Assembly (NCBI GenBank): GCA_963668025.2
Contig: CAXXTH010000012.1
Coordinates: 128,001 to 192,000, forward strand
Reading direction: 5' to 3'
Origin: Candidatus Hydrogenedentota bacterium
GTDB taxonomy: Bacteria > Hydrogenedentota > Hydrogenedentia > Hydrogenedentales > SLHB01
DNA length: 64,000 nucleotides
Shown piece after piece: positions 40,446 through 48,895 of this stretch. Below the pieces are notes generated by a model. It searched no databases, had not been told where the DNA came from, and saw only the letters and a program-made list of their open reading frames with translations. Each line of letters opens with the position of its first letter. Positions within the stretch are counted from its first letter, which is position 1. The position numbers were made by a program, and so were the translations under genes.

Positions 40446-41852
40446 CTACGCCATCCGGCGGATAGCGAGTCCTATACCCAAAATGCCTACCATGAGCAGG
40501 CTAAGAGCCACTAATCCCGCTGCCGGAAGTGTCGTCACGTTTCCAGGATATTCATCTGCATCAAGCGGATCGGTATCCGCGTCTACTTCTTCTTTATCCG
40601 TATAGCTATCTCCATCCGTATCTTCCACGTTGGGGTCCGTGCCATAGATATTCACTTCTTCTCCATCTGTCAGGCCTTCACCATCGGAGTCCGGATTATT
40701 AAGGTCCGTGTCGATTCCGATTTCTTTCGTATCGGAAACGCCGTCACTATCCGTATCCAGGCCTGGATATTCGCGCTCCAGCATCCACAGAATACTAGGT
40801 CCAATGGCGAGGTAATCATAATCGACAACAAAGTTTTCAGCCATGTTCGCGGGAACGGGCCATTCGTCACGCGGATCTACACGCACCATGGCCAGAGTAG
40901 TGTCCCGCCATGCCGTGCTTCCCGACATCATCGAAGGATCTTGAACCATCAGGTTCCTGCCAGGATGAAAATTAATGTTTTTCGCCAATGTCGACCAGTC
41001 CGATTTGAAGCCGATAATGCAGGCATTTATATCCGTGGCGCTGGGATCAGGCAGGCTTACGGTGTCCATATTCCATACTAAATAGCGGTTCGAGCCAGGG
41101 ACATCCGTGATCGGGTAATACATTTCCGGGTCGTCATACGGGCTCAACGCCGTCGCGCGCAGGAAGCCGCCATCGGCCCAGCTACAATCGAGTTGGATAT
41201 TGGGGTTAGTCCAGGGCGGATTGCGCTCCAAAAACGACGCCACACTGGCCTCATCCGTGAAATCACTGAACCAGAACGGCTCAACATCCGCCAGCATCGA
41301 TTTTTCGCCCATGATAATCCAGTCGAACTTCGTCACCTGGGCGGTAGCGCCTTCATCCGCGCCATCGGGCATATCAATTCGGGCATATTCGGCTTCCTGC
41401 CCATCCAAGGAAGCGATGGAGGAAAAATCAGGCGTGCTTAAATCCACTTGGACCACTTGGTCACCTTCATTATACGTGAAGGATTTTCCGTAGTAATCCG
41501 AACCTATATGGAAGATAAAGCTTCCCACATTGCCTGTTGCATGAGGCGCATTGGAAACCTGGACCCGGAAGGCGATGTATTTCATATCCCCCGTAGACGC
41601 AGTTGAAACCCAATTTCCCGCATACGCAAACGGCATCCAAACTTGCGAATCCACGCCTTCCGCCGATGTACACACCATTTTACCCGCGGAATCCCACGTC
41701 ACATTCATATTTGTATGGCCGCCGCCAGACACGAATGTATTGATATCATTGGTGTTTTTGAATGTGTACACAATTCCAGCCTGGCCAGGCAAGGCGGTGA
41801 GCAGGCCGCCCGCCAGGAGCAGCGCGCCCACGATAAACTGCTTACCCAACAT
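40446..41852 (-). CDS. Secreted surface protein: two CBM-like repeats, DxDxDG repeats and LPAAG-TM-RR anchor
   Basis: Signal peptide, two similar beta-domains ending (A/V)R(I/V)D...(F/Y)D(W/Y), DTDSDG/DSDGEG/DTDGDS repeats and LPAAGLVALSLLMVGILGIGLAIRRMA. Confidence 0.78.
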   Translation of the reverse strand: MLGKQFIVGALLLAGGLLTALPGQAGIVYTFKNTNDINTFVSGGGHTNMNVTWDSAGKMVCTSAEGVDSQVWMPFAYAGNWVSTASTGDMKYIAFRVQVSNAPHATGNVGSFIFHIGSDYYGKSFTYNEGDQVVQVDLSTPDFSSIASLDGQEAEYARIDMPDGADEGATAQVTKFDWIIMGEKSMLADVEPFWFSDFTDEASVASFLERNPPWTNPNIQLDCSWADGGFLRATALSPYDDPEMYYPITDVPGSNRYLVWNMDTVSLPDPSATDINACIIGFKSDWSTLAKNINFHPGRNLMVQDPSMMSGSTAWRDTTLAMVRVDPRDEWPVPANMAENFVVDYDYLAIGPSILWMLEREYPGLDTDSDGVSDTKEIGIDTDLNNPDSDGEGLTDGEEVNIYGTDPNVEDTDGDSYTDKEEVDADTDPLDADEYPGNVTTLPAAGLVALSLLMVGILGIGLAIRRMA

Positions 41853-41952
41853 AGAATAACCCTCCTTTTCAAGTGCTTAACTCGCTCACGCTATCCTCTA
41901 CCCTCCCCGCACATTACGGGAAAACCATGGCCCAAAGGACATTGGATAAACA

Positions 41953-41983
41953 CCTCCCGAGGCCTTAAGCAGACGCCGGGAGG
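41953..41983 (-). terminator. GC-rich stem-loop after the prepilin gene
   Basis: CCTCCCG...CGGGAGG arms about 20 bp past the stop. Confidence 0.45.
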
Positions 41984-42001
41984 CCTAGAACCGGCAAATA
42001 A

Positions 42002-43111
42002 TCAGCCAATTCCACCAGCGCCACAAAGCCAGTCCGCCGGCATATTGAGTCCGCTCCATTCCACATTCGTCAGGGGGAACTTGGACTGGTACCGGATGAA
42101 TTCGACATGGCCATCCATGAACAACACGTTGCCGCCGCCCGGAAGGTGGTTGAAACGGGTAGTGGCTTTATCGGAGATGCTGCCCCATCCCCCATTTGTC
42201 CATGAGCCCGCCGTATTGCCCCAAGCATCGAACATGGCTGGCAAGCTGCTTTGCGAAATGGCCGCACTGGCGGGATTGTTGATATCCGTAATGAAAAAGC
42301 GCTCCACGCCTTCCCGAAGCTTGTGGTACGTAGTGGGCAATACGTTATTATTTTCGTCATACATCGTCTTGCCCGCCCAATAAGAATAGCCTTTTGGGCT
42401 GAAGCTGCCCACCGTATAAGGAACGTTCGTCACGATGTCATCATACCCGCGCCCTTTTACATATGTGTATTTGAATTGGCATTCGATATCATCCCCTGGC
42501 CCTCCCCCATAAACAGCCTCTTCTCCTAAGGAAAGATCCTGGGAATACTCGAAACAGACATAAGCCAAATCGCCTAATTGAACAGCCGAATTCACCGCAT
42601 ATGCAAGATAGATATATGATACGGGAACTCCCAACAGCGAATAGAGGCAGCCTTTTTGCTGCTGGTTATTGGCATGGGAAGCTTGCTCCTTAATCATCCC
42701 AGGCACATCATCATCCAATAAAAGCCACGTTTTCCCAATCCAGTCGCCATGGGGATCCGATGGACACACCATGATATTGGCGTCATTCCAATAATCGGGA
42801 TAAAGCGCTTCACCATCTAGTCCCATCGCCTCCGGGAACTGCCATGGGGAAGACGGCTGCGGGCTGCCCGTCGAATACCACACCGATTGGGACCATCCCG
42901 GAAATATCCCGCTCTTGTTCTCCCCCGAATACATCTTGAAGATAATGCCCCATTGCTTCAGATTGCTGGAGCATGATGCGCGCCGCGCGGCCTCGCGAGC
43001 CCTCGCTAATGCCGGCAGTAAAATAGAAGCTAAGATTGCAATGATCGCAATCACCACCAAGAGTTCAATTAACGTGAAACCGCCATGCCGCATCCGCCTC
43101 TTTCCCGTCAT
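42002..43111 (-). CDS. Prepilin-type N-terminal cleavage/methylation protein, DUF1559 / H-X9-DG family
   Basis: AAGGAGG RBS; [11 protein letters not shown]|FTLIELL... and C-terminal [16 protein letters not shown]. Confidence 0.93.
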   Translation of the reverse strand: MTGKRRMRHGGFTLIELLVVIAIIAILASILLPALARAREAARRASCSSNLKQWGIIFKMYSGENKSGIFPGWSQSVWYSTGSPQPSSPWQFPEAMGLDGEALYPDYWNDANIMVCPSDPHGDWIGKTWLLLDDDVPGMIKEQASHANNQQQKGCLYSLLGVPVSYIYLAYAVNSAVQLGDLAYVCFEYSQDLSLGEEAVYGGGPGDDIECQFKYTYVKGRGYDDIVTNVPYTVGSFSPKGYSYWAGKTMYDENNNVLPTTYHKLREGVERFFITDINNPASAAISQSSLPAMFDAWGNTAGSWTNGGWGSISDKATTRFNHLPGGGNVLFMDGHVEFIRYQSKFPLTNVEWSGLNMPADWLCGAGGIG

Positions 43112-43496
43112 TTTAAAATCCTCCTTTGCCGTCGTTTCACCTCTGCCCATATTCACTTTATGAAAACATCGCGCTAACCACTTGCATGCTGGAGCCATTT
43201 GTTGATGTATTTACACAATCACCCATCCGAAATCGCTCTCGCCCGTCCCATGTAATCCTGGCTTGCTGCTTCCACGCACATCATGCTTGCCGCCCGGAGA
43301 AGCTTCCTGCGCAACTCGCCTAGCGGCTCAACCTTTGTCCCGCCTAGGTAAATCAAGGCTATATATGTAGCCCATACTGGGTAATGCCCGTAAATAACTG
43401 CGGAGCAAAAACTTACAAAATAGAAACAGGCACATGATACCGGTTTTGAAGCATTGTAAAATAGATTAGGCCTTTCTTAACTCGCTACAGAAAAGA

Positions 43497-43525
43497 ATTA
43501 TATAAGTACAGCTACCAAATGTCAA
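43497..43525 (-). promoter_or_regulatory. Perfect-consensus sigma70 promoter with overlapping candidate operator
   Basis: Minus-strand TTGACA-17 bp-TATAAT; CTGTACTTATATA at 43499-43511 overlaps the -10. Confidence 0.8.
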
Positions 43526-43673
43526 GAAGAGTTTTTAGGAATGGGAATACCCCACTCGGATTGAATCAGCGCCTGGCTTGTGCTGGCTGTGCCTAACCAG
43601 GGCGATTCCCGGTGAATGCCTATTGTTTATGGGCGAACACTATATTTTATGCGGGAAAGCAGTTATATAGGAT

Positions 43674-43702
43674 TTGCATTCCATCATGATCTGAGTTATC
43701 AT
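43674..43702 (+). promoter_or_regulatory. Candidate sigma70 promoter for the GntR-LacI regulator
   Basis: TTGCAT-17 bp-TATCAT. Confidence 0.5.
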
Positions 43703-43969
43703 TAACGGTACTGATACAACTTTGAATATATGCAAAATAGATTACGCTTGCAACATATGCCCGGGGTGGGGATTATGGCAAGAGATGAGATACAGCAAAG
43801 CAGCGCTGCATATAGTTAAATTTCCAATGCTTCTATATCCTCCAAATACTGGATGGGCAGTATAGGCTAGTGGCCATATGCGGAAGAAAGGTATGGACGA
43901 ACCCATATCTCACGAGGCAAGTCTGGCTTTCTTCAACCGGAAAGCCAGATAAATCAAGGTAGCTCATAC

Positions 43970-45196
43970 ATGGCTAATGATGATATACACGAGCCCGCGG
44001 ATTCCGCTGGGCATGCTGAAAAAAGAAAAGCGCCATCCACAAAACGAAAGGCCGCCCGGCAAAAAGGCAGCGGCATCAAAATCTCCCGGGAAACGGCGCA
44101 GCCGCTATATTTACAGATCAAAAACAGCATTGTTGAGCGGATTAAGGCCGGAGAATGGCCGCCACACCACCAATTTCCGACCTACAAGGAACTAAGCAAA
44201 GAAATCGGCGTCAGCATTGTGACGATCCAGCAGTCCGTGGGGGTGCTGGTCAAAGAAGGCATTTTGTACAACAAGCGCGGGGTGGGCGTATTTGTATCCC
44301 CTCCCCAGGCGCAACCGCAAGGCAAAATCATCGCGTTATTGCTCTCGGATGTCCGCCATCCCTTCTTCTCAAGCTTGGCGCACATCATCCAAACATATGC
44401 CGCAAAGAGCAAATACACCATGCTGATCTTCTCCTTATGCGACAATCACGAAGATTCCTTGCATGCGGCCCAGCTTCTCCCTCCCCACATGCTTGCTGGC
44501 ATTATCACGACCCATTCCCTCGCGGAACGCCTTCCCGAACACTTTTCCGAAATGCTGAAGGCCGCCGGGGCCGTGGTCTTTATCGACGGCTATTCGAGCG
44601 AATATGACTGCATTGAGACCGACAACCATCTGGGCATCGAAATGGCGATGAACCATCTCGTGGAACTAGGGCACCGCCGTATTGCATTCGCGGCTGGCCA
44701 GCTCCTCGGCCGGGCGGGGCATGAACGCATCGCCGCTTTCCAGAGCCTTTTAGCGGAAAAAGGCCTGCCTTTCGATCCCCCCCTCCTCCAGCGAAGCGTA
44801 TATAAAGACGACCTTGCGGGGGAAACAGCGGCGCACATGCTGCTTTCCCTGCGCGATGTGCCGACCGCCATCATTTGCGTAAGCGACCTTGTCGCCCGAG
44901 GAGTGATTCGAGTTGCGCGCGAGCGCGGCATCAAATGCCCAGATGAGCTGTCCGTGGTCGGATTTGATGATCTGGATTTTGCCCAGCACCTGGAACCGCC
45001 GCTGACCACTGTCCGCCAGCCAGTAGTGGAAATTGGCCAGGGCGCGGTAGACATGTTACTCGAGCGAATCAACAGTATCGCCCCCTATAACAAAAAGTGC
45101 CGGATACTTCAATTGACTCCCGAACTGGTGGTGCGCGCATCCACGGCGCCTCCCTTCAGCAAATCCAGCAAATCGGCGGTAAAACGGCCTCGCTGA
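43970..45196 (+). CDS. GntR-HTH / LacI-type sensor hybrid regulator (AraR-like architecture)
   Basis: PLYLQIK...GVSIVTI...RGVGVFV wHTH, then LGHRRIA, SVVGFDD, PPLTTVRQP and LVVRAST. Confidence 0.92.
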   Translation: MANDDIHEPADSAGHAEKRKAPSTKRKAARQKGSGIKISRETAQPLYLQIKNSIVERIKAGEWPPHHQFPTYKELSKEIGVSIVTIQQSVGVLVKEGILYNKRGVGVFVSPPQAQPQGKIIALLLSDVRHPFFSSLAHIIQTYAAKSKYTMLIFSLCDNHEDSLHAAQLLPPHMLAGIITTHSLAERLPEHFSEMLKAAGAVVFIDGYSSEYDCIETDNHLGIEMAMNHLVELGHRRIAFAAGQLLGRAGHERIAAFQSLLAEKGLPFDPPLLQRSVYKDDLAGETAAHMLLSLRDVPTAIICVSDLVARGVIRVARERGIKCPDELSVVGFDDLDFAQHLEPPLTTVRQPVVEIGQGAVDMLLERINSIAPYNKKCRILQLTPELVVRASTAPPFSKSSKSAVKRPR

Positions 45197-45225
45197 GCAC
45201 CGGCCGCTTCCTCATACTACTACCG

Positions 45226-45715
45226 CAACACGAAGATAAGAAGAACACGAAGCAAAAAAAGGTATGATGATTATTGGCGTGGGCATTGCCCACAAACCAA
45301 TGTAACGACATACATTGTTTTTGCTCGTTTACCTTGGCGTTTTTGACGGCTGTGCGTGCGTATAAATAGAATGGGATTCGTGTTGGTAGTACAGCGCGCC
45401 AGACTTACTCATCTATTTCACGCAAAGCCGCAAAGAATGCAATTGGGTTGATTTTTAAACCGCGAATAGATGCGAATTCATGGCAAACGGCCGTTACTGG
45501 GAGTTTTTTTTGACCGGATTTACAAGATGAACAAGATTTTTTGTAACACTTTAGCAACTGAAGCAGGTTTGACTTTATAAGGAGTCTTTGCGATCTTGCC
45601 TAATCTTGTAAATCATGTCAATCATGTCAAAAAAATAAAGCAATAAAAAAAACTCCGTGTCCTTCGTATCTTGTGGTGAAAAATCCGGCTCTTTGGCTGC
45701 GGCCATGCCGCGCTA
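45226..45715. repeat. Composite of nested short-period inverted repeats and REP-like hairpins between convergent genes
   Basis: Outer arms 45226-45252 / 45653-45678 (22/27). Inner arms 45504-45537 / 45593-45635. Also GTGGGCATTGCCCAC 45279-45293, CGCAAAG units 45416-45442, CGCGAAT units 45458-45477 and GCGGC-CAT-GCCGC 45699-45711. Confidence 0.75.
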
Positions 45716-46573
45716 CGCTTTCAATGCCCCGCTCATGATGCCTTTCATGAAGAGGCGGGTGCAGAGCATAAACAGGATTCCGAGCGGGACCGCCGAGAGA
45801 GTGTATCCGGCAAACATACGCCCATAGGCCCCACCCACTCTTCCGCTATACCGAAGTATCCCAACAGTCAGCACCATCACATCGTCGCTGGAGGTAGTCA
45901 CTAGCGGCCAGAGGAAATTATTCCATACGCCTAACGCGCTGATAATGGCTACAACGCCTAATATCGGCCTTGCCAAAGGCATGCCCACATGCCACAACTG
46001 CCGCAATAGATCCGCGCCGTCCACCTCGGCGGCTTCAAAAAGATCCTCATCTATCGCACCGAAAAACGAGCGCAGCAAATAAACGCCCAGAATCTGCCCT
46101 CCGGCGATATACGGCAGCAGCATCACCCAATAGGTATCCAGCAATCCCAGCTTTTTTACCCACAGAAACGAAGGGATCAACATCAGCACGCCAGGAATCA
46201 TCATCATGGCGATCATGCCGTAGTACAAAAACTCCCGGCCAGGAAACTCGCAGCGCGCGAAAATAAAGCCCGCCAGCGACGCGCATAGCACAATGCCCGC
46301 GACACTGAGGCCCGTGATCAGAATGCTGTTGAATAAATAGGCCTTCATATCCTGAAACGCAAATGCATAATTCTCTGTATGAAGCGGCAATGCTGGAAAC
46401 CAGAACGAATGAAAGAACTGGTTCGTGTCCTTGAGAGACGTGAGCACCATAAAAATAAACGGCAAAAACGTCAGCCCCAAAATCATCACCAATCCAAAAC
46501 GCCACACGAGCCCAATGAAGCCCATGCGCCCCAGGAACGCTGCTTTATGATGCGATAACGTAGCAACACCCAT
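45713..46573 (-). CDS. Carbohydrate ABC transporter permease (MalG-like)
   Basis: LFEAAEVDGA, WNNFLWP and GALKA motifs; GGAGG RBS before ATG 46573. Confidence 0.92.
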   Translation of the reverse strand: MGVATLSHHKAAFLGRMGFIGLVWRFGLVMILGLTFLPFIFMVLTSLKDTNQFFHSFWFPALPLHTENYAFAFQDMKAYLFNSILITGLSVAGIVLCASLAGFIFARCEFPGREFLYYGMIAMMMIPGVLMLIPSFLWVKKLGLLDTYWVMLLPYIAGGQILGVYLLRSFFGAIDEDLFEAAEVDGADLLRQLWHVGMPLARPILGVVAIISALGVWNNFLWPLVTTSSDDVMVLTVGILRYSGRVGGAYGRMFAGYTLSAVPLGILFMLCTRLFMKGIMSGALKA

Positions 46574-46611
46574 ATGTAAATACTCCTCCATCCGGCGGTA
46601 AGGCAATCCGC

Positions 46612-47904
46612 TCAATGGCTTTTCTTGGAAGCCTGTTCTTTAATTACGGGTATTAAGTCCAGTTTCCAGTTCCCTTGCATATCTCGAATGCCGCTCGTTA
46701 AGGGCGGCGGGTCATCTTGATAGCTCCAAATCCACCACCCGGCGAAACCATACGCGGCGCACTTTCGGAAATGCCATTCGAGAATCTCAACGCTCGAGCG
46801 GCCTTCCACGGAAATAATCGAGCTGCCTTGCACTTCATACTCATGCCCGAGCCCTTTCAAATCCGTCGAGATCATCCGGGAGGCATTTTCTTTTCCCAAT
46901 ATCTCGACAATGCGGCGAAGATAATAGAATCCGTCTGGGCCTGGATCACAAAAGGGGTAGGTAGTCATGACCCAATAATCCGGCGAAAGGGCAAGATCAT
47001 CCACCAGCCATTTTTTAAGATTCGTAAATGCGCTGAGGCGCTTTTCCGGCGTCTGCTCCATCCAATACGCGTTATTCGAAAAAATAGGCAGTAGAATGGG
47101 AGCTGCTTTGGGCCGTTTGCCTGCGGCCATGAATACCGGCCAGACTTCCTTGATGAATTTCTCGTTATACTGCTTGATGGCCGGTATGCCGTCATTGTCC
47201 CACAATACCGGTTCGGATGAGCCTAGTTCATAATTGCCATTCATACCCCACATGGCAATGGCGTCCGAGTGCTCGGCATGCCCTTCAATATAGGTAATCA
47301 CCTCACGATACCATAAGGCGGATTCATCCCAAGGGGTTTCATCCGGCATCGGCCATTTTCCAGAATTCGCGAGCTGGTGTTCCGTATCGACCGAATAAGG
47401 AATCCACATGTTCGACGCCAGATCAATTCCCACGGAAACGCCCGCCGCATGGCAGTCATCCACAAAAGCCGCCACATTGTCCAAATATTGAATATTCGCC
47501 CATTCGTCCAGCGCCTGGCCTTTCTTCGGGGCCTGTGCGGGATTCTTCAACGAATACGGAATTGAAACAAATATATCCACCAAATTGACACCCGCTACAC
47601 TAGCCAGCTCTTGCAACACCGCTTGAACTTGGCTGCGGTATGCTGGATACGAGCATAGCCACGGTTCGCCTCCCCACGCGCTCGAATACGGAAGCGCATC
47701 TTGCGGCGCGGCAGGGCTTGCAACGGGAGCTAATTTCGGATTGAAAAAGACGCCTCGAAATCCCGGCGGGGGAAGCGCCGCAGACCGCCCGGATTTCATG
47801 GATGGCGCGCCCGAGGAATCCTGGATGCTTTCCCTGCCACGCGCTGCAATCGCTAGAGAGCTGGCGGCCAGCATGGATAACGCTACAGAAACAAACATCC
47901 GCAC
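46612..47904 (-). CDS. Uncharacterised secreted TIM-barrel-like protein, paralogue 1 of 5
   Basis: Signal peptide; RGVFFNP, TPWDESA, GNYELGSSEP, STDLKG and GFAGWWIW motifs shared with 53378-58645. Confidence 0.8.
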   Translation of the reverse strand: MRMFVSVALSMLAASSLAIAARGRESIQDSSGAPSMKSGRSAALPPPGFRGVFFNPKLAPVASPAAPQDALPYSSAWGGEPWLCSYPAYRSQVQAVLQELASVAGVNLVDIFVSIPYSLKNPAQAPKKGQALDEWANIQYLDNVAAFVDDCHAAGVSVGIDLASNMWIPYSVDTEHQLANSGKWPMPDETPWDESALWYREVITYIEGHAEHSDAIAMWGMNGNYELGSSEPVLWDNDGIPAIKQYNEKFIKEVWPVFMAAGKRPKAAPILLPIFSNNAYWMEQTPEKRLSAFTNLKKWLVDDLALSPDYWVMTTYPFCDPGPDGFYYLRRIVEILGKENASRMISTDLKGLGHEYEVQGSSIISVEGRSSVEILEWHFRKCAAYGFAGWWIWSYQDDPPPLTSGIRDMQGNWKLDLIPVIKEQASKKSH

Positions 47905-47926
47905 GTGGGCATCCTCTCCCCTTCTC

Positions 47927-47950
47927 GCATGGGCGGGATGCCCATGCCAC
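47927..47950. repeat. REP-like palindrome GCATGGGCGGGATGCCCATGCCAC
   Basis: 23/24 identical to 57272-57295; a decayed relative lies at 9949-9973. Confidence 0.7.
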
Positions 47951-47965
47951 TAAAAATGCACATAC

Positions 47966-48895
47966 CTAGCCAGCCTGGGAAGTATCCCGAATCAAGCGGT
48001 TCAAGGTGATCGTCATCGCCAGTAGAAAGACCAGCATGGTCAGTCCGATGGCGCACGCATACCCCATACGTTGGAAGCTGAAACCATTCAAATACATATA
48101 CAAGCCGGGAACAATGGTCCGGTATCCCGGCCCGCCATCCTGGGTCAAAATGTATACCGATTCGAATCCATTCACGATCCCAATGATAGTCATGACAATC
48201 AGCAGCTTGACTTGCTGCATGACCAGCGGCAAATGGATATGGAAAATGCGCCCCACGGCCCCTAATCCATCCAGTTGCGCCGCCTCCAATAAGCTGGGGG
48301 AGATATTGCTTAAGCCCGCGTAATAGATGAGCACATTAAAGCCATGGGCAAACGGAAACCCCACAAAGGCTACGGCCCACAGCGCTGTCCTGGGATAACT
48401 GAGCCAGCCCTGCACCCAATTGCCGAGACCCACGGCATTCAGGAATTCCGTGAGAATGCCCGCATCCGAATAAATGTAGCGCCAGATCATGAAAACCACT
48501 ACGCCCGGAACAATCATGGGCAGCACCAAGGCGACCCGGCATAAATACGACATACGCTCCGAACGTAGATGAAAAATCATCTCGGCGACAATAAACGGGA
48601 TCGTCATGCTGACGATAAAAACAAAACAACCCAATTTCACTAAGTTCGATATGCTCTTTAGGAAAACAGCATCGCTCCACATCTCCGCGAAATTCGCCAA
48701 GCCTATCCACTGGCTTTCCGCGCCGATATCGCTGCTGGTGAACGCGTAATACAACGCCGAACACGCGGGGATGTAATTGAACATCACCAGGAGCCCTACA
48801 GGCCCCAACAAAATGCCGTAGATCAACCATAGCGGAGCTGCGCCCGCTTTGCGGGAACGGCCTGGTTTTCGTTGTTTGTTAATTGTCGAGTTCAT
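47966..48895 (-). CDS. Carbohydrate ABC transporter permease (MalF-like)
   Basis: WIGLANF, EAAQLDG, GGPG and MGYACA motifs; paralogue of 2726-3658. Confidence 0.92.
   Translation of the reverse strand: MNSTINKQRKPGRSRKAGAAPLWLIYGILLGPVGLLVMFNYIPACSALYYAFTSSDIGAESQWIGLANFAEMWSDAVFLKSISNLVKLGCFVFIVSMTIPFIVAEMIFHLRSERMSYLCRVALVLPMIVPGVVVFMIWRYIYSDAGILTEFLNAVGLGNWVQGWLSYPRTALWAVAFVGFPFAHGFNVLIYYAGLSNISPSLLEAAQLDGLGAVGRIFHIHLPLVMQQVKLLIVMTIIGIVNGFESVYILTQDGGPGYRTIVPGLYMYLNGFSFQRMGYACAIGLTMLVFLLAMTITLNRLIRDTSQAG

Noticed and set aside
45226-45680. Possible CRISPR array
   Set aside because: Units are 8-10 nt, arranged as inverted arms with no regular repeat-spacer structure, and no cas genes are present.
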